Source of the DNA: Eubacteriales bacterium
GTDB taxonomy: Bacteria > Bacillota > Clostridia > Oscillospirales > CAG-272
Direction: 5' to 3'
Assembly (NCBI GenBank): GCA_045576095.1
Contig: JAZNFP010000003.1
Location: 3,993 to 67,992 of the forward strand
DNA length: 64,000 nucleotides
In this document: positions 56,667-64,000 of the stretch, piece by piece
Numbering within the stretch: the first letter of the stretch is position 1
How the letters are laid out: the number at the start of each line of letters is the position of its first letter
Made by a program: the position numbers and the translations under genes
The notes under the pieces: model-generated
The model's input: the letters and a program-made list of their open reading frames with translations, nothing else
Database searches by the model: none
What the model was told of the DNA's origin: nothing

Positions 56667-58565
56667 ATGCCTAAAACACAAAAAGGAAAGCAGCAGTCCG
56701 AGCGGGAGACCAAAAAGGAAGAAAAAAAGAAAAAGTCCCTTTCTCCCGTCGGAATGCGAGCCAAGGGGAAATCCCCCTCGGCGCCGCAAAGAAAAAAGGA
56801 AAAGACGATGCAAGCGGCAGGCAATGCGACAAAGGCTCCCCTGCGTTCAAAGAACGTCAGGCCGAAGAAGCCGACCGAAAACCGCATCAAGCGCCAGGGA
56901 AAGGGAGGCGGAACCCTGCGCGTCATTCCTCTCGGCGGTCTCGGTGAGATCGGAAAGAACATGACGGTCATCGAGTACGGCGAGGATATCGTGATCGTGG
57001 ATGCCGGCCTCAGCTTCCCCGACGAGGAGATGCCGGGCGTCGATCTCGTCATTCCCGACGTTTCGTATCTTGTCAAGAACGCCGAGCGAGTGCGCGGCAT
57101 TCTGATTACGCATGGGCACGAGGATCATATCGGCGGGATACCCTACGTTTTGCAGTCGCTCGACGTTCCTATTTACGGTACGCGGCTTGCGCTCGGCATC
57201 ATTGAGAATAAGCTCTCCGAAACCTCTCTCCCCTTCCGCCCCCGTCTGATCTCGGTTGAGGCGGGAGACAGCGTTTCACTCGGTCGGCTCTCATGTGAGT
57301 TCATTCACGTCAACCACTCGATCGCCGATGCCTGCAGTATTGCAATCTATACGCCGCTCGGAACGGTTTTCTGTACGGGTGACTTCAAGCTTGACGTCTC
57401 GCCCATCGACGGAAGACTGATGGATCTGACGAGAATCGGACAGATCGGAAACGAGGGCGTCCTTCTGATGCTTGGAGAATCGACCAATGCCGAGCGTGCG
57501 GGCTTTACCCCCTCCGAGCGAACGGTCGGTCTTTCGCTCGACCGTATCTTTATGAGCAATCCCGATAAGCGTCTTGTGATTGCAACCTTTTCGTCCAACG
57601 TCCATCGCGTGCAGCAGATTATCAATGCCAGCGCCAAGTACGGCCGTCGTGTCGCGATCGTCGGACGCAGTATGGTGAACGTCGTCGGCGCGGCGGTATC
57701 TCTCGGATATATGGACGTTCCCGAGGGGGTTTTGATTGATCTTTCCGATATTCGGCGGTATAAGCCGGAGCAGCTGACGATCGTTACGACCGGAAGCCAG
57801 GGGGAGCCGATGTCGGCGCTTTCCCGCATGGCGTTCTCGGAGCATAATCAGGTAAAGCTCAGCACCTCGGATCTCGTGATTCTGAGTGCAAGCGCAATTC
57901 CCGGCAACGAGAAGCTGGTCGGTAAGGTCGTGAATGCACTCATTAAAAACGGAATCAAGGTCGTCAACGATTCGGTTGCCGACGTGCACGTTTCGGGCCA
58001 TGCCTGCCGCGAGGAGCTGAAGCTCATGCTGGGGCTTGTCCGTCCGACCTATTTCATGCCGGTGCACGGCGAGGAGCGGCATCTTTACGCGCACAAGGAG
58101 ATTGCCGAGTTTATGGGAATCGACCCGTCTCATATCTTTATTTCCCAGATCGGACGAGTGCTTGAAATCGACGAACGCGGCGCAAGGCTTGCCGCAACGG
58201 TTCCGTCGGGAAAGGTGCTTGTTGACGGCTCCGGTGTCGGAGACGTCGGCTCGGTCGTTTTGCGCGACCGAAAGCTGCTTGCCCAGGACGGTCTGATCGT
58301 CGTTGTGACAACGGTGGATCCGGTTGATCGCGCGATCATTTCGGGACCCGATATCGTCTCGCGCGGCTTCGTTTACGTGCGCGACAATGAGGAAATGATC
58401 AGCGAGGCAAGAAAAATCGCAACCGACTGCATCACAGACTGTCTGGAGAACGACAACACCGATTGGATGCAGATCAAGGGGGCGATCCGAGACGAGCTTT
58501 CCCGCTATTTCTTCAAGGTTACCAAGCGTAAGCCGATGATTCTTCCCGTGATCATGGACATTTGA
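56667..58565 (+). CDS. rnj: ribonuclease J with a ~85-aa Lys-rich N-terminal extension
   Basis: Metallo-beta-lactamase/beta-CASP core: RVIPLGGLGEIGKNM, ITHGHEDHIGG, HVSGHA. The extension reads MPKTQKGKQQSERETKKEEKKKKSLSP... Confidence 0.9.
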   Translation: MPKTQKGKQQSERETKKEEKKKKSLSPVGMRAKGKSPSAPQRKKEKTMQAAGNATKAPLRSKNVRPKKPTENRIKRQGKGGGTLRVIPLGGLGEIGKNMTVIEYGEDIVIVDAGLSFPDEEMPGVDLVIPDVSYLVKNAERVRGILITHGHEDHIGGIPYVLQSLDVPIYGTRLALGIIENKLSETSLPFRPRLISVEAGDSVSLGRLSCEFIHVNHSIADACSIAIYTPLGTVFCTGDFKLDVSPIDGRLMDLTRIGQIGNEGVLLMLGESTNAERAGFTPSERTVGLSLDRIFMSNPDKRLVIATFSSNVHRVQQIINASAKYGRRVAIVGRSMVNVVGAAVSLGYMDVPEGVLIDLSDIRRYKPEQLTIVTTGSQGEPMSALSRMAFSEHNQVKLSTSDLVILSASAIPGNEKLVGKVVNALIKNGIKVVNDSVADVHVSGHACREELKLMLGLVRPTYFMPVHGEERHLYAHKEIAEFMGIDPSHIFISQIGRVLEIDERGARLAATVPSGKVLVDGSGVGDVGSVVLRDRKLLAQDGLIVVVTTVDPVDRAIISGPDIVSRGFVYVRDNEEMISEARKIATDCITDCLENDNTDWMQIKGAIRDELSRYFFKVTKRKPMILPVIMDI

Positions 58566-58576
58566 CAGGAGAGAGT

Positions 58577-59461
58577 ATGATGAAAAAGGTTACGAAGGCG
58601 ATTATTCCCGCCGCGGGACTCGGAACGAGAATGCTTCCGATTTCGCACGCCATCCCGAAGGAGGCGCTTCCGATCGTCGATCTTCCGGCGATCAGCTTTC
58701 TCGTGCGCGAGGCGGTGGAAAGCGGAATCACCGATATTCTGATCGTGACGGGCCGTGATAAGGATGCGATCGAGGACTTTTTCGACTATTCTCCCGAATA
58801 CGATGCGGCTCTGCTCGGGAAGGGCAGAGACGACGAGGTTCGCCGTTTGCACGAGCTTGCCGATATGGCTAACCTCTATTTTCTCCGTCAGAAAACGACC
58901 AAGGGCCTCGGGCATGCGGTCGGCCGCGCGCGGAGCTTCGTCGGAGACGAGCCCTTTGCGGTGCTTTACGGAGACGACCTCGTGTTTTCCAAAACGCCGG
59001 TTTGCCGTCAAATGATCGACGCCTATGAGAAATACGGTCGCTCGGTCGTCGGCGTCAAGCCCGTTTCCCCCGAGCAGCTTATGAAGTATTGCTCTCTGAA
59101 GGTCGAGCCGATCCCGGGGAGCGAGAATGCTTATTTCTGCGACGATATGATTGAAAAGCCCAAAAAGGGGCAGGAATACTCGAATCTTTCGATCCTCGGC
59201 CGAGTATTGCTCGAGCCCTCGATCTTTGACGTAATCGATGCGCTTCTCCCGGGGGCGGGCGGCGAGATCCAGCTGACCGATGCGATGGCAGAGGTTGCCC
59301 GTACGCGGGGCGTGACGGCTCTTGAGTTTGAGGGAACGAGATACGATCTCGGCTCCAAGCTCGGCTGGATGATGGCGAACGTAACGCGTGCCGCAGAGCA
59401 CGAGGAGATCGGGGCGGAGTTCCGCTCGTTCCTGAAGGACTTTTGCAAAGCCCTCAAATGA
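58577..59461 (+). CDS. galU: UTP--glucose-1-phosphate uridylyltransferase
   Basis: KAIIPAAGLGTRMLPISHAIPKEALPIVD...QKTTKGLGHAV...VLYGDDL. GGAGAGA SD. Confidence 0.9.
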   Translation: MMKKVTKAIIPAAGLGTRMLPISHAIPKEALPIVDLPAISFLVREAVESGITDILIVTGRDKDAIEDFFDYSPEYDAALLGKGRDDEVRRLHELADMANLYFLRQKTTKGLGHAVGRARSFVGDEPFAVLYGDDLVFSKTPVCRQMIDAYEKYGRSVVGVKPVSPEQLMKYCSLKVEPIPGSENAYFCDDMIEKPKKGQEYSNLSILGRVLLEPSIFDVIDALLPGAGGEIQLTDAMAEVARTRGVTALEFEGTRYDLGSKLGWMMANVTRAAEHEEIGAEFRSFLKDFCKALK

Positions 59462-59898
59462 TTTCGGTCAGAGCAGCGGGAGAGCGGGACCTCTCCTTTT
59501 TAACCGAGACCGAGGCTCTGGTTTTCTCGGATGCCTGGAGCGAGGGGGCGCTTGCCCGACATCTTTCATTCGAATACGCGATCTCGCTGATCATAACCGA
59601 CGGAGAGACGCCGCTCGGCTATCTGCTCGGCTCCTTGATTTTACCCGAGAGCGAGCTTTACCGTATTGCCGTCTGTCCGTTTGCCCGTCGGCGCGGCATC
59701 GGCAAGCGACTGCTCACGCACTTTCTTCATCTTCTTCGGGAAAGGGGCGCAGAGAGCGTTTACCTTGAGGTGAGAGAGAGCAATCTTCCCGCACGTGCGC
59801 TTTACGAATCCCTCGGATTTGAGACGGTTGGGATCCGAAAGAACTATTACCGCCGCCCCGATGAGAACGCGGCGATCCTTGTGAAAGGACTTGTATGA
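59458..59898 (+). CDS. rimI: ribosomal-protein-alanine N-acetyltransferase (GNAT)
   Basis: The acetyl-CoA motif RRRGIGKRLL and LEVRESNLPARALYESLGF. ATGA overlaps on both sides. Lies directly upstream of tsaD. Confidence 0.75.
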   Translation: MISVRAAGERDLSFLTETEALVFSDAWSEGALARHLSFEYAISLIITDGETPLGYLLGSLILPESELYRIAVCPFARRRGIGKRLLTHFLHLLRERGAESVYLEVRESNLPARALYESLGFETVGIRKNYYRRPDENAAILVKGLV

Positions 59899-60986
59899 TC
59901 ATACTTGGCTTTGAAAGCTCCTGTGATGAGACCTCTGTTGCCGTTGTCAAACGAGAGGAGAGCGGTGAGCTTCGGATTTTGTCGAATATCGTTGCCTCGC
60001 AGGTGCCGATCCATCGAAAGTACGGCGGCGTGGTTCCCGAGATCGCCTCGAGAGCACACGTTGAGGCGATCTCCGAGATCACGCATCGCGCGCTGGAGAC
60101 GGCGGGCGTGACGGTCGGGGAAATTGATCTCGTTTCGGTGACCGATCACCCCGGACTGATCGGCGCTCTGCTCGTTGCCGTCAATTTTGCCAAGGGCTTT
60201 GCCTTTGCCAATCGAAAGCCGCTGGTCGGAGTCAGCCATATTCAGGGACATATCGCCGCCTGCTATCTTGCGGGGAACGGTGAGGTGCCGAAGCCTCCCT
60301 TTCTGTCACTCGTTGTCTCGGGGGGACATACCTCGATTTATCGCGTGGCATCCTATACCGAGCTTGAGGAGATCGGCGGAACGAGAGACGATGCAATGGG
60401 AGAGTCCTTTGACAAGATCGGACGGATCATCGGGATCCCCTACCCTGCGGGGGCGGGCTTTGACGCACTTGCCGCCGAGGGCATGAGAATGGCAACGGGG
60501 CTGCCTGCCCCGACGCTTTCCGATTTTAGCCGCTCGGCAGCGGCAAAGGATCCGTCCCTTTCCCTGCCATCCCCCGCACTTGCAGGGGATACGCTGGATT
60601 TCTCCTTTTCGGGTCTGAAAACCGCGGCGATCAATCTGATTCATCGGACCGAGCAAAGGGGAGAGACGCTTCGGCGCGAGCTGCTTGCGGCGGTGTACAC
60701 GCGAGAGGCGGTTGAGGCGGTGGCAGCCAAGCTCCGTCTTGCGCTTTCGCGCTATCCCGGCGAGGGACTTGCCGTTGCGGGCGGTGTTGCCGCAAACTCG
60801 CATCTTCGGAAACGGCTTGCCGAGCTGACACTTGAGCTTGGCGTACCTCTTTTTATTCCACCCCTTTCGCTTTGCGGAGACAACGCTGCGATGATCGCCG
60901 CGGCAGGATACTACGAGTATCTTGCGGGACATCTTGCAGACAGCTCGCTTTCGGCATCGGCCTTGGACGACCCACGTGCGATTTGA
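59895..60986 (+). CDS. tsaD: tRNA N6-adenosine threonylcarbamoyltransferase TsaD
   Basis: MIILGFESSCDETSVAVV...VSHIQGHI...GGHT...GGVAANS.LR. Confidence 0.9.
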   Translation: MIILGFESSCDETSVAVVKREESGELRILSNIVASQVPIHRKYGGVVPEIASRAHVEAISEITHRALETAGVTVGEIDLVSVTDHPGLIGALLVAVNFAKGFAFANRKPLVGVSHIQGHIAACYLAGNGEVPKPPFLSLVVSGGHTSIYRVASYTELEEIGGTRDDAMGESFDKIGRIIGIPYPAGAGFDALAAEGMRMATGLPAPTLSDFSRSAAAKDPSLSLPSPALAGDTLDFSFSGLKTAAINLIHRTEQRGETLRRELLAAVYTREAVEAVAAKLRLALSRYPGEGLAVAGGVAANSHLRKRLAELTLELGVPLFIPPLSLCGDNAAMIAAAGYYEYLAGHLADSSLSASALDDPRAI

Positions 60987-61020
60987 TTCTTCACATAAAA
61001 ATGAAAAGTAGGGAAAACAA

Positions 61021-61740
61021 GTGGAACATATTGATAAGGTAGCAGGCACGTTCGGAAAACGCGGAGAAAGCGGAGAGCTTCTTCGCAGCAGCGTTTCGCC
61101 TGCCGTCATCCGTCGGCTTCCGCGCTATCACCGTTACCTCGGCGAGCTGCTTCGGAACAACCGACTGCGAATCAGCTCCTCGGAGCTTTCGAAGATGATG
61201 AAGGTGACAGCCTCGCAGATCCGTCAGGATCTCAATTGCTTCGGGGGCTTCGGTCAGCAGGGCTACGGGTACAACGTCAAGTATCTGTACAGCAAGATCA
61301 GCGAGCTTCTCGGCGTATCCGCCGGGCTTTGTGCGATCGTTGTCGGTGCGGGAAATCTCGGACGAGCTCTCGTTTCCAGCCACATGTTTGAAAGAAGGGG
61401 CGTGACGCGCATGGCTCTCTTTGACGTCGATGCATCGCTCATCGGTCGGGAGATCTCGGGGCTTTTGGTCCATTCGGTCGAGCATCTGGAAAGCTACTGC
61501 GAGCAGAGCAAGCCGGATATCGCAGTGCTTACCACACCAAAGGAAGCGGCGTACGAGGTCGCTGTCCGTCTTGCCAAGTCCGGCATCCGCGGCATCTGGA
61601 ACTTCTCCAATATGGAGCTTCGTCTCGAGGAATATCCCGAGGTCATCATTCAAAACATTCATCTCGGCGATTCGCTGATGACCCTTTGCTACGAGATCGT
61701 ATCGTCAGGCGAGCCGAGCCATGCAAGAAATGGAAAATAA
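61021..61740 (+). CDS. rex: redox-sensing transcriptional repressor Rex
   Basis: ISPAVIRRLPRYHRYLGELL...ISSSELS...ASQIRQDLNCFGGFGQQGYGYNV, then a Rossmann fold (VVGAGNLGRAL). GTG start. Confidence 0.85.
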   Translation: MEHIDKVAGTFGKRGESGELLRSSVSPAVIRRLPRYHRYLGELLRNNRLRISSSELSKMMKVTASQIRQDLNCFGGFGQQGYGYNVKYLYSKISELLGVSAGLCAIVVGAGNLGRALVSSHMFERRGVTRMALFDVDASLIGREISGLLVHSVEHLESYCEQSKPDIAVLTTPKEAAYEVAVRLAKSGIRGIWNFSNMELRLEEYPEVIIQNIHLGDSLMTLCYEIVSSGEPSHARNGK

Positions 61741-62701
61741 GCCTCTTTGTTATGAAATCAAGGGCGAGCGCGGCGGCGTTATTCCCTCGCTCGGCGGAAG
61801 AAATCTTCTGCGCGAGGCGTCGGGGGACGATCTGCGGGTGCTTCTCGTTCTCCTTGAGCGCGGCGGCAGAGCTTCTGTTGAGGAGCTTTCGGATCTCGTC
61901 GGCTGCAGCGCCGGCCGCGTTTTGGCATCGATCGACTATTGGATCGAGGGCGGGATTCTATGCAAGGGAGAGACTCCTAAAAAATCGGCGCCGCTCCGCT
62001 CGGCATCCGAGCTTTCGGACGTCACGGGAGAGGAGGTTGCCGAGATCGTTTCGCGCCGCGGTCTCTCGGGGCTGATCGACGAGGCGCAGGCAATTTACGG
62101 AAAGGTGTTCAACACCTCGGAGATTTCGGTCATCGCGGGACTTTCCGAGCAGCTTGAGCTTGAGGATGGGTACATTCTCTTGCTTTTGTCCTATTGCATA
62201 CGCCGAGGAAAGCGCTCGCTCCGCTATGCCGAAAAAACCGCCTTCTCGCTTTATGAGTCGGGGATTGACACGCTTCCGATGCTTGAGGAGCATATCCGTC
62301 GTCGCGAGCTTGCCGCATCGGGCATCGGCGTACTCAGACGGATGTTCGGAATCGGGGAGCGCGCTCTGACCAAGCGTGAGGAGGACGCCTTTACGCGCTG
62401 GCTTGCCGAGTGGGGCTATTCGACCGATGCCGTCGGCATCGCCTACGATATTACCGTAAATACCAGCGGTAAGGCGTCCGTTGCCTACGCGGACAAGATC
62501 CTTGCCAAGTGGTATGCGGCGGGTTGCCGCACCGAGGATCAGATCGAAGCCTTCATCGCTCGGGAAAAGCAGGGATTTTCTTCAAAAACCCCTGCCAAAA
62601 AGGCAGACAAGCCGAAGGTGGACGGAATCGGGAGCTTTGATACCGATGAGTTTTTCCTGAAAGCGCTCGAGCGGAGCTACGGTCCGAAAGGAGAGAAATG
62701 A
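61721..62701 (+). CDS. DnaD-domain replication initiation protein (DnaB_2/DnaD family)
   Basis: Two DnaD-like repeats (SYCIRRGKRSLRYAEKTA...; ASVAYADKILAKWYAAGCRTEDQIEAFI). Overlaps the rex 3' end by 20 nt. Confidence 0.7.
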   Translation: MQEMENKPLCYEIKGERGGVIPSLGGRNLLREASGDDLRVLLVLLERGGRASVEELSDLVGCSAGRVLASIDYWIEGGILCKGETPKKSAPLRSASELSDVTGEEVAEIVSRRGLSGLIDEAQAIYGKVFNTSEISVIAGLSEQLELEDGYILLLLSYCIRRGKRSLRYAEKTAFSLYESGIDTLPMLEEHIRRRELAASGIGVLRRMFGIGERALTKREEDAFTRWLAEWGYSTDAVGIAYDITVNTSGKASVAYADKILAKWYAAGCRTEDQIEAFIAREKQGFSSKTPAKKADKPKVDGIGSFDTDEFFLKALERSYGPKGEK

Positions 62702-62705
62702 GCAG

Positions 62706-63677
62706 ATGGCATATAAGGTAGAAAACTACAGACTCGTGCGGGAGCGCTTTGAGGAGAAGCGGCACCGCGCCGTACGCGAGGCAGAGCTTCGCCGCGAGGA
62801 GATCCACAGGATCTGTCCCGAGATCGGCGTGATCGACGAGGCGCTTGCCAAGACAGGGATGCAGATCTTTATGGCTGCCTGCGGCGGGGATGAGGCAGGT
62901 GTGCAAGAGAGAATTGCGCGCATCCGCACCGAGAACGAGCAGCTGCTCTCGGAGCGTCGCGCTCTGCTCTGTGCGCTCGGATATCCGAGCGATTATACCG
63001 ACGCGAGCTACGAGTGTCCGAATTGCAAGGACAGCGGATTCGTCAATTGCCGTATGTGCGAGTGTATGCACAGAGAGCTGGTGCTCGAGGGCTTCCGCTC
63101 TTCGGGAATCGGACGGCTCATCGACCGTCAGAGCTTTGAGAACTTCTCGCTGGATTACTATCGCGCAAACGAGTCCGATTACCAAAGAATGAAGGTAAAT
63201 CTTGAGGCGGCAATAGAATTTTCCGAAACCGCCCCCCCTGCCTACGCCAATCTTTTGCTCTGCGGCTCGACGGGACTTGGGAAAACGCATCTCTCAAGCG
63301 CTATCGCGCGTCGTGTGATCGAGCGCGGCTTTGACGTTCGGTACGAGAGCGTGCAAAACGTGCTCTCTGATTTTGAGCACGACCGTTTCCGCTCGGGCTA
63401 CGGTGCCGAGCCCGACGAGCGCAGTCGCGTTTATCTCGATACCGAGCTTTTGATCCTTGACGATCTCGGGACCGAGATGACCAACACCTTCACGGTGTCG
63501 ATCCTTTATCGGATCGTCAATACCCGCATCAATCAAGGCCGTCCGACCGTGATCAGCACCAATCTCACCCAGAGTGAGCTCCGCGAGCGCTACGGCGACC
63601 GCGTGGCGAGCCGTATCTTTGGCGAGTACCGTCCGCTTCTTTTCTGCGGACGGGACGTGCGCTTCCAGATGATTTAA
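62706..63677 (+). CDS. DnaC/DnaI-like helicase loader ATPase
   Basis: Zn-ribbon-like CPNCKDSGFVNCRMCEC, Walker A LLCGSTGLGKTHL, Walker B LLILDDLGTE, ISTNL. Confidence 0.8.
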   Translation: MAYKVENYRLVRERFEEKRHRAVREAELRREEIHRICPEIGVIDEALAKTGMQIFMAACGGDEAGVQERIARIRTENEQLLSERRALLCALGYPSDYTDASYECPNCKDSGFVNCRMCECMHRELVLEGFRSSGIGRLIDRQSFENFSLDYYRANESDYQRMKVNLEAAIEFSETAPPAYANLLLCGSTGLGKTHLSSAIARRVIERGFDVRYESVQNVLSDFEHDRFRSGYGAEPDERSRVYLDTELLILDDLGTEMTNTFTVSILYRIVNTRINQGRPTVISTNLTQSELRERYGDRVASRIFGEYRPLLFCGRDVRFQMI

Positions 63678-63692
63678 GGCTCAATTCAAGCG

Positions 63693-63740
63693 AAAGAGGC
63701 TGTTTCCCCGTGAAATCGCAAGGGGGAAACAGCCTCTTTT
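63693..63740. terminator. bidirectional intrinsic terminator
   Basis: 17-bp stem AAAGAGGCTGTTTCCCC...GGGGAAACAGCCTCTTT followed by a T-run. Confidence 0.75.
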
Positions 63741-63763
63741 GGATTTGCCCGGCTTCGGTGCGG

Positions 63764-64000
63764 TCAGGTCAGAAAAAGCGGTCTCATCTGCTTCGCCGCC
63801 AAAGCCGCCGTCAGGCATTCGGGAATCAGCGAAAAATCGGCAACGAGCGAGTAAGGCTTGGTGACGGGATCATCCTGGCGCATCGGTACGAAAAAGGTCA
63901 TTTTTCTTGTCAACAGGCGGGCAATATTGGAAAGGTTTGCCGACATCGAATCGTTTGACGCCAGTGAGATCAGCAGCGGTCGGTCGCATCGGAGATGCGC
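63764..64000 (-). CDS. dpaB: dipicolinate synthase subunit B (flavoprotein), C-terminal part; the 5' end lies beyond the window
   Basis: The frame stays open to the right edge: ...RPLLISLASNDSMSANLSNIARLLTRKMTFFVPMRQDDPVTKPYSLVADFSLIPECL..GKQ-like tail. This parallels the B. subtilis SpoVFB C-terminus (AVSTNDALGLN..NIYFVPFGQD..KPNS.VA). Confidence 0.7.
   Translation of the reverse strand, partial: AHLRCDRPLLISLASNDSMSANLSNIARLLTRKMTFFVPMRQDDPVTKPYSLVADFSLIPECLTAALAAKQMRPLFLT

Noticed and set aside
60987-61020. Possible Rex operator upstream of rex (TTGATTCTTCACATAAAAATGAAAAG).
   Set aside because: Only one half-site (TTCACA) matches TTGTGAA-N4-TTCACAA. The partner half is absent at the required spacing.

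Overview
High-GC Firmicutes (Clostridia-like, spore-forming) chromosome segment that spans the replication origin. dnaA-dnaN-recF-remB-gyrB-gyrA lie at 46.2-55.1 kb, with one perfect DnaA box upstream of dnaA and a cluster of degenerate boxes between dnaA and dnaN. Every gene right of the origin is on the + strand. Left of the origin, in order: the 5' part of a choloylglycine-hydrolase-family gene; a metal-homeostasis cluster (DtxR-like regulator, ZIP, DUF1538 and two PII-like genes in one overlapping operon, divergent from feoA-feoB-Cys-rich peptide, then mgtC); an 8-gene aromatic amino acid operon (aroF-tyrA-aroB-aroA-aroC-pheA-aroE/aroK fusion-aroQ); yifB/comM; a complete histidine operon (YerC/TrpR-like regulator, hisZGDCBHAF, hisIE, PHP histidinol phosphatase); DUF445; spoIIE; an ACT + UPF0210 pair; alr; truB; addA; alaS; a MATE pump; pyrR; spoVAC/AD/AE; and a GT2 glycosyltransferase. 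Right of the origin: a lipoprotein, an XRE regulator, a small membrane protein, RNase J, galU, rimI, tsaD, rex, a DnaD-domain gene, a DnaC/DnaI-like loader and the 3' end of dpaB. I found no rRNA, tRNA, CRISPR array, IS element or recognisable defence system. The window is mostly housekeeping. Four things deserve a second look: (1) an unannotated 34-codon Tyr/Phe-rich leader ORF plus intrinsic terminator upstream of aroF, which suggests ribosome-mediated attenuation in a phylum where T-box or TRAP control is the norm; (2) the uncharacterised DUF1538 + 2x PII-like module, translationally coupled to a ZIP transporter and a DtxR-type regulator; (3) an identical 12-mer placed after the -10 box of both divergent promoters at that locus; (4) a consensus internal promoter inside the aro operon. 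All calls come from reading the sequence and from remembered family signatures. No searches or folding programs were run.
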